62,110 nt of DNA from a virus. Lineage: Duplodnaviria; Heunggongvirae; Uroviricota; Caudoviricetes. The stretch is from the IMG/VR virus record IMGVR_UViG_3300022753_000047, one strand, 5' to 3'. Of this stretch, positions 28,201-38,586 are shown piece after piece (position 1 is the stretch's first letter; every line of letters starts with the position of its first letter). A program made the position numbers and the translations under genes. The notes beneath the pieces are model-generated. The model saw only the letters and a program-made list of their open reading frames with translations. It was not told the DNA's origin and made no database searches.

Positions 28201-31200
28201 ACTTCGTCAACAGAAGATTACCGACCAATATTGGTAGATATTCCACCATGGAGGCTGGTGAAGCTGCCGCAAGAGAGTTTATCAAAAAGGCGGAGGAGCT
28301 TGGTATTCATGGGTCTGTGATGGTTGATAATCAACAGACCACCAATAACGGATATGTATTTTCTGTTGAGTGGGATTACACGCCACTGGAAGATGCGGGT
28401 CAGGCATTTCTGATGCCATACATTGATGAGCAATATGAAATCGCCATCGAAAAGTACGACAAGCTCATTGATGATTATCAGGCTCGGATGAAAGCAAAGT
28501 GGGAACAGCTCAACCCAGTTGTTGGTAGCTGGATGCAGACCGACTTCATGTTCCAGGATTTGAATGGTCAAATGCAAGAAATTGCAGAGGTAATGATTTC
28601 TGGTCTTGATTTCAGCGAATTGGGTCTCACAACGCAAGAAGAGGTTCAGCAGTATGTGGATGACAATATTGTTGAGCCGCTGTTTCTTGCCGCACCCGAT
28701 GTAAAGGAAGCCTTTGCGCAAATCACAGATTGGAGAGAGCAACTGGCAAACGGCGAGCTTTCTGAGGATGATTTTGCTTCAAAGGTCACTGAGGCGTTTG
28801 ATGGCATTTTTGCTTCTACGCTTCCTGAGAATGCTGAGGCATTCAAGCAAATCTTTGTAGCCGCTTTCAATGAAATGGGTATTGCCGGAAGCGACTTTGG
28901 CTCTGTTCTTGCAGGGCTGATCGACGAGTGGACGGGCAATACAGAGGCCGCTGCTACCTATTCTGCAGAACTGTCTGTTCTAACGGATACAATTTCTGCA
29001 CTGCAGGAGTCTTATGACCTTCTGGCAAAAGCACAGGAGGAAATGTCCGGCGGCGGTGGGCTGTCAGTCGACACCATTGAGGCTTTGGCAAAGGCCGAGG
29101 AAAACTATCTCGATTACCTGTATGAAGAGAATGGTGTCATCAAGCTCAACACAGAGGCGTGGAAAGAGAATGCAAACGCCAAAATGTCTGGCGATATTGC
29201 AGAAATCCAAAAGGAAATTGCAGCGCTTCAAGAGGAGCGGGCAGCCCTTCAGGCCGACCTTGCCGAATACGAGGCAAACAGACAGCTTGGTAATGATGGC
29301 GGTATTTGGAGTTCACTGATTGCTGAAACAACGACGAAGCTGGAAGAGAACTCTGCTGCAATCCTTGAGAACCAGGGTCTGCTTGCGCTCTACAGCAGTA
29401 TCTATGGTGATATTACCGGAGACCTGGATGCGTATTCTGCTGCGCTGAACAATTTCTCAAACATTGCAAACACGATTGATACCGTATCTGATTCCTTTGC
29501 AACACTGGCCAACCTTCAGGCAGAGGTTGCAGACGGTTTTACTATCTCGCTTGAAAAAGCGTTAGAGTTTGCGTCTGTCTACCCCGAAATTCTGAACAGT
29601 GCAACCGCCACATCGGACGGTCAAATCGCACTGAACGAAGGTGTTGTAAATTCCTTTATCACTGGCAAGAAGGCAGAACTTGATGCACAGGTGGATGCCG
29701 AGATTGCCAAGCTGGAAGCAGACAAAGCGGTGTTGACTGCGAAGATGCAGTCTGCACAGGCGCAACTGGAACTTGCCAAAAATGTTGGTGAGGGCGAAGG
29801 TCAGATCGCAAAAGAAGTTGCTGAGTATAGAATCAATACCGGCAATGCATTGACTGCTGCTCTTATCGAGATGGGTGTTGAAGAGTCCAAGGCGCACGCC
29901 CTTGCTGCAGCCGCAATGGCTGAAAATGAAGAAGAGTTTGCACGAGTTGCCAAAGAGTGTTTTGAAAACATGGACGAAAATGCGGCCAAGGCTGCATACA
30001 ACATGGCTCATTCCATCTTTGTCAATGCAAGTAATTCTTGTGACAGCATCGCAGATATTGCCCAACAAGCACATGATACAGCCAAAGCAATCGCCGCCAT
30101 GGGCAATGGTGAGGTTGCTGGTAGTGGTGTATCGCAGTTTGATGGGGCAGACGGGACGACTACCGGTGGTTTAAGCCTTGACCTGTACAAGGGTGACTTT
30201 AAGGGTAGTGACTATGACTACGAAGCAAATACAATCGACCTGGACGAGTATGTTGCACAAATCGAGCTGGATATTTCCGCTTACGAAAATGCGATTGCTC
30301 AAATTGACGGTCAGATTGCTACTTTGCAGGCTCTCAAGAATCTTCCGCTCAAAAGTTTCGTTAGCGATACTACGAGTGGCTCGAAAGACTCTGACAGCAA
30401 AGAGGTCGAAGAATATGTGGCAGATATTGAAAAGTATCGTGAAGCCCTTGAACGCCTAAATGATGTCCGTATCAAAAAGGCAGACCTTGAGCTGGAACTT
30501 GAGAACGCCGAGGATTTGGATGAACAGATCAGAATTGAGAAAGAGCTGCTTGGTGTGTATCGTGCTGAGCAGGAGTGCCTTGAGGAAATCAACGGCCTTC
30601 GTGACGAAACGATTGCCAACGGTGTAAAGGCTCTTGAGCAGCTTGGATTCCAAATCGACTATGATCCCGACAACAACAAATTCTTCGTTAAGAATCTGGA
30701 ACACCTGAACGATCTGACCGCAGATAGCGTGGGCAAATACGGCTCCCTGCAAGAGGCAACAAACGCACTGCGAAAGGATACCGAGGAACTGATCGATACC
30801 CTGGAAGAGTTGAACGCCGAGAACCAGGAGGATCAGGATACCTGGCAAGAGCTGTACCATACGATTCGTGAAGCGAAGATAAATATCGTAAACAACCTGA
30901 AGGAAATCGTATCTCAGGCATCTGAGGCTGTTGATGAAATCCAGAATGTTTACGATACGCTGAAAGATGCGGCGGACGAGTATGCTGCTAACGGCGGCTT
31001 TATCTCCGTGGACGCATTCCAAGCAATCGTTGAACTCGGCCCGGAGTATATGCAGTATCTCAGAGATGAGAACGGGCTTCTTGTCATCAACGAAGAGGCA
31101 ATCAATCGTGTGATTGCCGCAAAGACAGAACAGCTTGCACTGGAAAGTGCAATGAGTTATATCGAGCGTCTGCGGCTTGCTCTGCAGACTGAGTCCATTG

Positions 31201-32675
31201 AAGATTTGAATACACTCCTGTATGCAACTGTGGAAAACACGAACGCAACATGGGGGCTTGTGTATGCAAATCTGGCGCTCCTTGATCTGAACAGCGACCA
31301 GTATCAGGCGGCTTTACACAATATCAACGCTATTCGTGCATTGGCAGATAACGCCATCCAAGGTATTGGCCGGACTGCAGGAACGGTTGAGGAAAACCTT
31401 ACCGAAATGAAGCAAGGTCTGGACGATATTCTCAAGTATGTTATGGATATGCTGCGTCATCGCATTGAACAGCAGATCGATGCCCTTGAGGAAATGAAGG
31501 ATGCTTATGGTGAGCTGATTGAACTCAAGAAAGAGTCTATGGAGGCCACCAAGGAGGAAACCGACTATCAGGATGAAGTTGCAGAAAAGATCAAGCAGAT
31601 CGCTAAACTGCAGGAGCGTATCAACGCCCTGTCTCTGGATGATAGTCGTGACGCTCAGGCACAAAAGGCTCAACTCCAGGAGGAAATGGCCGAGCTCCAG
31701 AAAGAACTTGCTGATACACAGGCAGACTATGCCTATGATACACAGCAGGATTCTCTGGATAAAATGCAGGAGGCTTACGAAGCTGAAAAGGACAAAGAGA
31801 TTGAAATCCTCGAAGAGTCCATTAGCAGTGAGCAGAAGCTGTACGAGATGGCTATCTCCTACATTCAGAGCAACTGGGATACGCTGTATCAGGAGTTGAT
31901 TTCATGGAACACGGAGTACGGTTCTGTGCTGAACTCCGAGATCACCACTGCATGGGACAACTGCCTTGCGGCAGCCCAGCGGTATGGTAGCTATGTCAGT
32001 GCGCTCAACAACATCGATGCAGATATTGAAAGCGCCGGAGGTGGTGGAAACAACATCACAGTTGGCAACACAAACTATGACAGTTCTTCTTCAAAAGAGG
32101 AGAACATTGAGGCAATCATCAACGAGATGTGGAGAAACAGCCGTGCGCATCACTCCGCAAGTACGGAGCAGAAAGCATATCTGAACAAGCGCAACCTGAC
32201 TTTGGGTGCTATGCTGGCTCAGTATGGTATCACTGCTGTTCGTGGTGATGATGGCGTATGGTACATCGACCGTGTCGGTGGTCAGCAACTGTACGACAAG
32301 TACAAGAAGTATTGTTACCATCAGGGTGGTATCGTAGGTGACGAGGGAACTCTCAAGGAAAATGAGGTTCTGGCCAAGCTGGAGCGTGGAGAGGTTATGA
32401 TCTCTAACCGCAACAAGGGCACGCTCTTCTCGCTGATCGAGTTTGTGGATATGCTTTCCAAGAAGCTGGATGTTGCAAGCATGGGTATGATGGAGCGTCC
32501 GTTCATCAAGGATGCAAAGCCCGACCTCAGCAATATCACAAACAACCAGAGTGAGACCATTCATTTTGGTGATGTGTATATCTACGGTGCTGACGAACAG
32601 ACCGTGGAGAAGCACCGTGAGGTAAACAGACAGTTTACCAACGAGGTGCTGAAACAACTGAATATTAAACGATAA
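25257..32675 (+). CDS. Tail tape measure protein
   Basis: 2472 aa, Ala/Glu-rich helical; TP901-type core (DVDTAMTELRKV, SADFARLGYS) and C-terminal YHQGGIVG...ERGE. Confidence 0.95.
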   Translation: MAVSGQDIGLLFGVLGGGRISGESGALIKSQLDSIVASLNNATNSKQRRIKLNLDIAGTKSSFSTGLKQITNGLSGQKQFKIKVSEIDATSAINKLKSQLDAMLKTLSVKNGMTITMPLADGGSIVGDAGAQALEEAKVKAAEYAAQLASIKTIGQSVSSAVKGAMTGNGAIAESEALKGVISDYNKWLQKVEELKASKQALHGKALDDLQAEGVAIVRNIERIREEQRAREEASRASETSDDAYARRISRLNALQKSAATALGYTAAKHTEQYRNIEIANAELQEMATNYTRLTDADLDRLSAQINSNTAQIRSMNLASKSFGDTLLANAKKFTSWLGVSRIIMMIYNSLRKMVVAVKDVDTAMTELRKVTNETEASYISFLDKATSRARELGATISDTVSASADFARLGYSLDDAAMLADAALVYKNVGDGIEDVGTASESIISTMRAFGIEAEGAMFIVDKFNEVGNNFAISSKGVGDALLRSASALAAGNNTLDESIALVTAANSVVQDADKVGTTMKTISMFLRAAKTEAEEAGESTEGMANSVSELRGEILALTGGKVDIQIDEDTFKSTYQIIKELSEVWDELTDISQANILEMIGGKRNSNVVAALLTNFQTAEEVIKTAANASGSALAENEKYLDSINGKVAQFKAAFEELSLNIFDSEMVKGVVDFGTGLLDILNALAKINALLPVTVALVTTIITLRRVNQASAMASSIVYAVTRGLSAESEEVKALTLSYAALTAARQKDVIAVVSARLAQQGLTKEEIAAKLATLGLTAATGGQTAANYGLAASFKAVLLSNPFGWIALALSLLPGVISWIKSLNKSVDELEEEYSELATTINDAASSFRSLKKEADQTIPRFVELAKGVDKFGKNVSLTDEEYAEFLELNNRIAEMFPEINMGMDSNGNAMLALSYSADTLTDSLMALVEAERAAANEEIAKTMPDVLTNIKETNDAYLDEIDDLRDIQDEYEDVYDDFVNRRLPTNIGRYSTMEAGEAAAREFIKKAEELGIHGSVMVDNQQTTNNGYVFSVEWDYTPLEDAGQAFLMPYIDEQYEIAIEKYDKLIDDYQARMKAKWEQLNPVVGSWMQTDFMFQDLNGQMQEIAEVMISGLDFSELGLTTQEEVQQYVDDNIVEPLFLAAPDVKEAFAQITDWREQLANGELSEDDFASKVTEAFDGIFASTLPENAEAFKQIFVAAFNEMGIAGSDFGSVLAGLIDEWTGNTEAAATYSAELSVLTDTISALQESYDLLAKAQEEMSGGGGLSVDTIEALAKAEENYLDYLYEENGVIKLNTEAWKENANAKMSGDIAEIQKEIAALQEERAALQADLAEYEANRQLGNDGGIWSSLIAETTTKLEENSAAILENQGLLALYSSIYGDITGDLDAYSAALNNFSNIANTIDTVSDSFATLANLQAEVADGFTISLEKALEFASVYPEILNSATATSDGQIALNEGVVNSFITGKKAELDAQVDAEIAKLEADKAVLTAKMQSAQAQLELAKNVGEGEGQIAKEVAEYRINTGNALTAALIEMGVEESKAHALAAAAMAENEEEFARVAKECFENMDENAAKAAYNMAHSIFVNASNSCDSIADIAQQAHDTAKAIAAMGNGEVAGSGVSQFDGADGTTTGGLSLDLYKGDFKGSDYDYEANTIDLDEYVAQIELDISAYENAIAQIDGQIATLQALKNLPLKSFVSDTTSGSKDSDSKEVEEYVADIEKYREALERLNDVRIKKADLELELENAEDLDEQIRIEKELLGVYRAEQECLEEINGLRDETIANGVKALEQLGFQIDYDPDNNKFFVKNLEHLNDLTADSVGKYGSLQEATNALRKDTEELIDTLEELNAENQEDQDTWQELYHTIREAKINIVNNLKEIVSQASEAVDEIQNVYDTLKDAADEYAANGGFISVDAFQAIVELGPEYMQYLRDENGLLVINEEAINRVIAAKTEQLALESAMSYIERLRLALQTESIEDLNTLLYATVENTNATWGLVYANLALLDLNSDQYQAALHNINAIRALADNAIQGIGRTAGTVEENLTEMKQGLDDILKYVMDMLRHRIEQQIDALEEMKDAYGELIELKKESMEATKEETDYQDEVAEKIKQIAKLQERINALSLDDSRDAQAQKAQLQEEMAELQKELADTQADYAYDTQQDSLDKMQEAYEAEKDKEIEILEESISSEQKLYEMAISYIQSNWDTLYQELISWNTEYGSVLNSEITTAWDNCLAAAQRYGSYVSALNNIDADIESAGGGGNNITVGNTNYDSSSSKEENIEAIINEMWRNSRAHHSASTEQKAYLNKRNLTLGAMLAQYGITAVRGDDGVWYIDRVGGQQLYDKYKKYCYHQGGIVGDEGTLKENEVLAKLERGEVMISNRNKGTLFSLIEFVDMLSKKLDVASMGMMERPFIKDAKPDLSNITNNQSETIHFGDVYIYGADEQTVEKHREVNRQFTNEVLKQLNIKR

Positions 32676-32744
32676 GCGGTTGGAGGGAGATTTTTGTAGT
32701 CTCCCTCCTCTGCAATATAAAAGCAATGGGAGGTGAGATGCAAG

Positions 32745-33533
32745 GTGTTCAATACCTATGAATTTTCTTTTGCCGGAGAGTCCTCATTGATGTATGGACT
32801 GATGGTGTATGACATTGGCGGCACAAGCCAGAGCAATGTGAGTTTTGGTAATACCGCTTCTATCGTGGAGACACGACTGAACAACAGAATTCAGCCCATT
32901 CACTTTGGTGTGAATTATCACTCCAAGCCTTTGGAGTTCAAATTAGTATTTGGTTCTGACAGAGCGCTTGACCGATACGAACTGGAAAACATCAGCTTTT
33001 GGCTGACCGGGCATCAGGACTATCAATGGTTGTCCATTGACCAACCGGATTTGGAGCGTGTGCAGTTCCGGTGTTTGATTACATCTCTGACCCCGCTCGC
33101 TCATGGGTGGCTCCCCGTTGCATTTGAGGCTACGGTGCGGTGTGACTGCCCGTATGCCTACGGTTTCCCGTTTGAGAAGAGCTATCAGATCAAAGGAACG
33201 ACCAGAGTCCTGTTCCGAAACGAAAGCTCCATGCGGGAATATTTGAAGCCTGTGCTTACATTCAAGCCTGCCAGTGGCGTGACCGAGGTTAAGGTTGTCA
33301 ACAAGAATGATAATGACCGTGAGTTTTCTCTAAGCGGAATGCCTGCGGCAGAACTCAACATCCGGGTGGACAACGCAAATGGCATCATTCAGGAACTCAA
33401 CAATGGGTACAACCTGTACGATGGTTTTAATCTGAACTTTTTCCGCCTTGTACACGGCGACAATGTTTTGGAAGTGACCGGAGATGGCGTGCTCACGATT
33501 TCCGGTAGGTTCCTTTACAATGTTGCAGGATAA
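32745..33533 (+). CDS. Distal tail protein (Dit)
   Basis: Follows the TMP; FEATVRCDCPYAYG and FFRLVHGDNVLEV motifs; GTG start with SD GGAGGTG. Confidence 0.8.
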   Translation: MFNTYEFSFAGESSLMYGLMVYDIGGTSQSNVSFGNTASIVETRLNNRIQPIHFGVNYHSKPLEFKLVFGSDRALDRYELENISFWLTGHQDYQWLSIDQPDLERVQFRCLITSLTPLAHGWLPVAFEATVRCDCPYAYGFPFEKSYQIKGTTRVLFRNESSMREYLKPVLTFKPASGVTEVKVVNKNDNDREFSLSGMPAAELNIRVDNANGIIQELNNGYNLYDGFNLNFFRLVHGDNVLEVTGDGVLTISGRFLYNVAG

Positions 33534-33545
33534 GGGGGGTACAGA

Positions 33546-36500
33546 ATGTTTCTTGATTATTCCAAAATCGAGTTTGAAACAAGCGGCAGACCGGAGGTGC
33601 CTGAGCTTCAGTTACAGACACTGAGCGGCGACATCATCGGCATTTTGAGTGGCGTATCAGACCTGCGCTTCAACATTAAGTTTTCTGAACCCAGCGAAAT
33701 TTCCTTTACTATCCCCAAGGTGCTGGATGATGATGCTAACCCCCTGTACGGTGCGGTGACAGGTCATAGGGTCATTTACACCAAGCATTATGGTATTTAT
33801 ACCATTATGAACCCGGAAACTGAAGCCGATGGCATTTCTGATGTAAAGCAGGTTCGTGGCTATTCTCTGGAGAAAACACTTGATTCCAAGCGGTTCTTCC
33901 TTGAGGAGGGTACATTCAATTTCTGGAACCCTGCTTCCCCGACAGACACGGTTCTTGGCCGCATTCTGGAGCTGGCGCCGGATTGGTCGGTTGGATATGT
34001 TTCTCCATCTCTGATCGGACGCTACCGCACCTTTGACTCTTTTGATGACTATCTGCTGTCTTTTGTCTATAACACCGTGCCGGACAAGTATCGTTGCGTC
34101 TTCGTGTTCGATCCGTACAAGATGACCATCAGCGTGTATGATGCCGACGAGACCAGACCGACACTCCCTATCTATCTGGATTTTGACAATCTTGTTCAGC
34201 AGATCACTGTTGAGGAAATCAGCGACGAGTTGGTGACTGCGCTGCGACCCTATGGCGCCGATGAACTGGATATCCGTAATGTCAACCCTATCGGAAGCAA
34301 CTGGATTTATGACCTGTCTTACTTCATCGAGAACGGCGACATTAGTGGCTCTCTTGCTGAGAAGTGGCAGGAGTGGCAGCGAAGCGTCCTGAACCATCAG
34401 GCTTTGTACAAAGGTCTGGTTGCATTGAGAGCGTCTTCCACTGCAAGACTGCTGACAGAACAGGCAGCTTTAATTGACCTTCAAGGTGAGTTGGAAGACC
34501 TCACAAATCAGCAGAGCATTACTATCCAGACTCTTGCTACCGAAACAACGAGTGCTGGCAAGCAGAGTCAGCAGCAACTGTTGAATGAAATCAACGCAAA
34601 GATCAAAGCGAAGAAAGCAGAGATTGCTGCAAAGGAAAGTGTCATCGAAAGCATCGAAGCAGATTTGGATACAGACGATCCAGCTTCATACGGTGGTCGT
34701 ATCAAGGCCATTACAGATGAATTGGCGTTCTCGTCCTATTTCACGAAGGAAGAGCAATCTGTTCTGTCTCAGTATCTGATTGAGCAGGACATCACAGAGT
34801 CTACCTTTGTTGCAACGGATGTGGATACCAGTGTATCCGGCAGCACCTATTCGTTCAATAGTGGCGCTGTCAGTATTTCCGGTGCAGATATTCTTGAGGT
34901 GGATTTCTCCACCGATTTCAAAAAGAGAATGTTCACTATTTCCGGCGGCACATTCACTATCTCTGGCGATATGAATATTTCCGGAGATGTGATTCGTGGC
35001 ACGCTGGAAGTTCCAAACAGCGGGCAGGCTGTTATGAGCCTGTACGCCGGTTCCATTGCCGTTAATGACAAAACGGCGGCAAGCGGTATGATTACTGTGA
35101 CAGGTACGGCAAGCGGTCTGAGTACCGATGTTCGCAAGGTGACCGTGGACGGTATCACCACTTACGAAGGAAGCAAACTGCAATTCAATGTGGCATCCTC
35201 CTCGCTGTATCTGACGGCAAATGTGAGTGAATACCAGAAATACTCCGTGCAGATGGAGTTGTTTGATTATGCGGCGGGCGTACTCAGCGATCTTGCAACG
35301 CCTACCTATGAGTTCTCTGTGGACTCTGCAAACTTCATATTCGCACAGGAGTTTGCCCCATTCCGCAACAGCCTTGAACTTGGTAAGGCGGTCTATCTCC
35401 TGATGGACAATCAGAAGATTATCACCCCTATCATTATCGAGTTTGAGCTGAGCTTCGAGGATCGTGAGAATTTCTCCATTGTGTTCTCCAACCGCTTCAA
35501 GCGGCATGACAGCGTCAATACGCTGAAAGACATGATTGAGACAAGCTACTCTACGAGCAGAAGTTTTGATGCGAACAAATATATTTATAACCAGGCAACC
35601 AGTCAGGCATCCTCTGTATCAAAGTTTATGCAGAGTTCTCTGGATGCGGCAGTCAACAGCATTGTTGCTGCGGCCAATCAGAGTGTGCTTATCAATGGTG
35701 CGGGTATTCATGTTGGCGGTAACTCCAACTATCAGCTCCGTATCATCGACAGCATGATTGCCATGACCGATGACAACTGGTCAACTGCCAAGCTGGCAAT
35801 CGGTCTGTTTGCAACCGAAGATACTGGCACCTACTTTGGTGTCAATGCCGAAGTGATCGGCGGCAAGCTGATCGTCGGCAACAACCTCATCATTGAGAAC
35901 GAGAATGACTATGGCGTGATGCAGTTCAAGGTGGATGCTACAGGAGCGTGGCTGAACAATGCCACCTTTATTCTGCAGAGCGACAGTGTTGCCAGAAGTG
36001 CTGGCGGTAAAATCATTCTCGACCCCAGATACGGTATTGTCGCAGGTAATGGTGATCTGTTCGATACAGAGGGTACAACGGTCACTCCGTCCTTTATCGG
36101 AAGTGATGGTGACATTGAACTGGACGATGATGGTATTCCTACCAATGCAAATTTCTATCTCGACATTCGGGATGGCAGTGCATACTTCCGTGGCACTGTG
36201 AATGCTACGAGTGGCGAGGTTGGTGGATGGACTTTGGCTGAAGATTACCTGCATAGCGGCAGTGGTTCTACCTATGTGGCGCTGAATGCATCCGGCACGA
36301 ATAATGCTGCTTATGCAATTTGGGCAGGTGCATCTAACCCCGCAAACGCTCCGTTCTATGTGAAGCGTGACGGCAGTTTGTATGCGAAGACGGGCACATT
36401 CAAAGGCACTTTGGATGCAGCAAAGCTGAGCGGTAATCTGACTGCGGATTCAAAGACAGGCGGCTGGCTCATTGGTTGCGGTATCAATGTGAATAGCGGC

Positions 36501-37496
36501 GCTTTCTATGTCGACCAATCTGGTAATGTGACTATGAAAGGCGGCATCAATTTGGCTGGCAACATCACATGGTCTACCTCAAACAGCCCTTGCCAAGCCC
36601 TTTACTCAACAGTGTATTTAGCTGCTCCGAGTGGATCATACGCTTCACATCCAACCACTGGTAGTTCATCATGGCATCGCACATTATCCAATTCGGACAA
36701 GTATGCATCCTATACCTATGATGGTGGTTCTACCTGGACTGCGGCAATTCAAATCAGAGGCGAAGACGGCGAAGATGGTCGTGACGGCGTTGACGGCAGT
36801 GATGCAACGGTCAACGAACGAAATGTGTTCAATGTCCTGACAAACGGTGGAACAAAGTTCGGTATCTTTAACGACTCCACTTCCAACAAGTTATATATTA
36901 ACGCAAGTTATATTCGTTCTGGCATTATTGACGCTGACCTTATTACGCTTGGCAGTGATTGGGGTGGTTTCTGTTGCGCAATCGGTAACGATGGTACAAG
37001 CGACACTTATGGGTCAATGATGTATGGTAGTGATCCTGACTTTTATTTCATTGCTACAAACAAAGGCGTTCGGATGCAGTCTGAAGATCATGGACTGACT
37101 GTTACAAACAGTGGCATTTTTGCTGATGAGGAAATCACAGTAAGTTCTGATAGACGCCTCAAAACTGGAATTGCTTATCAGATGAATAAATATGAAGATT
37201 TCTTCATGCGCCTGAAACCAACACAATTTCAGTATAAAGCTGGTGCGTCTGGTCGGTTTCATACAGGTTTTATTGCACAGGATGTCGAAGCGGCGTTGAT
37301 TGAAAGCGGACTGTCTACCGATGAATTTGCTGGATTGGTTATCACACCAGTCATTGAAGTAAACAAAAAGGATGGCATTGAAGATTGCTATCATCGCCTG
37401 AGATATGGCGAGTTTATTTCTTTGAATACATACATGATTCAGAAGCTGTATCGCAGAATCGAAGAGCTTGAGGAAAAGCTACACAACATAACCTGA
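33546..37496 (+). CDS. Tal/central tail spike with C-terminal peptidase S74 intramolecular chaperone
   Basis: 1316 aa after Dit; coiled-coil middle; C-terminal SSDRRLK...FIAQDVE...LRYGEF. Confidence 0.85.
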   Translation: MFLDYSKIEFETSGRPEVPELQLQTLSGDIIGILSGVSDLRFNIKFSEPSEISFTIPKVLDDDANPLYGAVTGHRVIYTKHYGIYTIMNPETEADGISDVKQVRGYSLEKTLDSKRFFLEEGTFNFWNPASPTDTVLGRILELAPDWSVGYVSPSLIGRYRTFDSFDDYLLSFVYNTVPDKYRCVFVFDPYKMTISVYDADETRPTLPIYLDFDNLVQQITVEEISDELVTALRPYGADELDIRNVNPIGSNWIYDLSYFIENGDISGSLAEKWQEWQRSVLNHQALYKGLVALRASSTARLLTEQAALIDLQGELEDLTNQQSITIQTLATETTSAGKQSQQQLLNEINAKIKAKKAEIAAKESVIESIEADLDTDDPASYGGRIKAITDELAFSSYFTKEEQSVLSQYLIEQDITESTFVATDVDTSVSGSTYSFNSGAVSISGADILEVDFSTDFKKRMFTISGGTFTISGDMNISGDVIRGTLEVPNSGQAVMSLYAGSIAVNDKTAASGMITVTGTASGLSTDVRKVTVDGITTYEGSKLQFNVASSSLYLTANVSEYQKYSVQMELFDYAAGVLSDLATPTYEFSVDSANFIFAQEFAPFRNSLELGKAVYLLMDNQKIITPIIIEFELSFEDRENFSIVFSNRFKRHDSVNTLKDMIETSYSTSRSFDANKYIYNQATSQASSVSKFMQSSLDAAVNSIVAAANQSVLINGAGIHVGGNSNYQLRIIDSMIAMTDDNWSTAKLAIGLFATEDTGTYFGVNAEVIGGKLIVGNNLIIENENDYGVMQFKVDATGAWLNNATFILQSDSVARSAGGKIILDPRYGIVAGNGDLFDTEGTTVTPSFIGSDGDIELDDDGIPTNANFYLDIRDGSAYFRGTVNATSGEVGGWTLAEDYLHSGSGSTYVALNASGTNNAAYAIWAGASNPANAPFYVKRDGSLYAKTGTFKGTLDAAKLSGNLTADSKTGGWLIGCGINVNSGAFYVDQSGNVTMKGGINLAGNITWSTSNSPCQALYSTVYLAAPSGSYASHPTTGSSSWHRTLSNSDKYASYTYDGGSTWTAAIQIRGEDGEDGRDGVDGSDATVNERNVFNVLTNGGTKFGIFNDSTSNKLYINASYIRSGIIDADLITLGSDWGGFCCAIGNDGTSDTYGSMMYGSDPDFYFIATNKGVRMQSEDHGLTVTNSGIFADEEITVSSDRRLKTGIAYQMNKYEDFFMRLKPTQFQYKAGASGRFHTGFIAQDVEAALIESGLSTDEFAGLVITPVIEVNKKDGIEDCYHRLRYGEFISLNTYMIQKLYRRIEELEEKLHNIT

Positions 37497-37513
37497 ACAA
37501 AAAGGAGAACGAC

Positions 37514-37690
37514 ATGAAAAATGAAATCATGCAGCGGTTGGCTGTTGTGCTGAATGCACTGAATAACATCGATGTCAGAGGTAAGGCAAATCTTGCCAAT
37601 CTGAGTGGCAGTATCGCTATGATCGAAGAGGTCAGCGCAATGCTGAATGGTGTTGAATTTGCGGAAGAGCAGACCGAAGCCGCAGAATAA
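37514..37690 (+). CDS. Small hypothetical protein (58 aa; not in ORF track)
   Basis: SD AAGGAG + ATG; MKNEIMQRLAVVLNALNNIDVRGKANL... Confidence 0.7.
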   Translation: MKNEIMQRLAVVLNALNNIDVRGKANLANLSGSIAMIEEVSAMLNGVEFAEEQTEAAE

Positions 37691-37714
37691 ACCACATAGA
37701 GAGGCGGTGTATGC

Positions 37715-38098
37715 GTGAACTGTTTCTTTGAACCATATACATTGCCGACGATTGACTTTGTTGGTGGTGAGACCCAAGACCTTGCGTTTAATGTGTACTT
37801 CTACAAGGACAAAAAGGAGTTCAGTCTCACCGGTTGTACCTGCAATTTTTCCATTGTGAGCTTCACAAACAAGATGGGTGTTCCCATTCTGAGTAAGCCG
37901 ATGGAGGCTATTTACAATGATGCAGGCACGGCAAACAATGTTTTGACCGTAAAGCTCTTGCCGACTGAAACGGTCGAGTTGTTTGGCAAGTATATCTATC
38001 AGATCATCATCCGAGATATTGATGGTGATGTAGAGGTTCCTAAGCAAGGCATCCTCTATGTAACAAACAATATCAACAAAGACTTCATCCGGCAGTAA
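37715..38098 (+). CDS. Baseplate upper protein N-terminal-like (BppU-like)
   Basis: beta-sandwich pattern GETQDL.F...GKYIYQIII. Confidence 0.55.
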   Translation: MNCFFEPYTLPTIDFVGGETQDLAFNVYFYKDKKEFSLTGCTCNFSIVSFTNKMGVPILSKPMEAIYNDAGTANNVLTVKLLPTETVELFGKYIYQIIIRDIDGDVEVPKQGILYVTNNINKDFIRQ

Positions 38099-38161
38099 AC
38101 CGAGGGCAAACGCTCTCGGCTTTTATTATGCCTATTTTCAACTATAAGGAGGACGGATTCT

Positions 38162-38569
38162 ATGAATACGAACTATTTTCTGAACTGCGTGGCGGGCAAT
38201 CTGTTCCAGACCAAAACCTCTCCCGCAATGCCCACCAAGTATTACATCGGTCTGAGCACAACTGCCCCTGCCGTTGATGGTACTGGCGTAAACGAGCCCT
38301 CTGTGGACGCCGGTTATTCCCGTGTGGAACTGACTTCCCTCAGCACTCCTGTTGATGGCGTTGTGACCAACACGCTGGCAATCAACTTTGAAGAGAGCAC
38401 TGCAACCTGGAATACGATTACTCACTTCGTAATCTACGATACTGCTGATGTTGACAGCGGCAATTTGCTGATGTACGGCGAGCTGTCCACTCCCAGAGCG
38501 GTTGAAGCCGCTACGATCATGACCATCAAAGAGGGTTATCTGAAGCTGTCTGCACAGAACCCCGCCTAA
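38162..38569 (+). CDS. Tail/baseplate protein
   Basis: YIGLSTTAP...EPS...YSRV motif common in phage tail proteins; strong SD. Confidence 0.65.
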   Translation: MNTNYFLNCVAGNLFQTKTSPAMPTKYYIGLSTTAPAVDGTGVNEPSVDAGYSRVELTSLSTPVDGVVTNTLAINFEESTATWNTITHFVIYDTADVDSGNLLMYGELSTPRAVEAATIMTIKEGYLKLSAQNPA

Positions 38570-38586
38570 GTGAATGAGGTGGTCGC

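Noticed and set aside
36759-36803. Collagen-like G-X-Y run in Tal
   Set aside because: Only five triplets; a common hinge, not a collagen fibre
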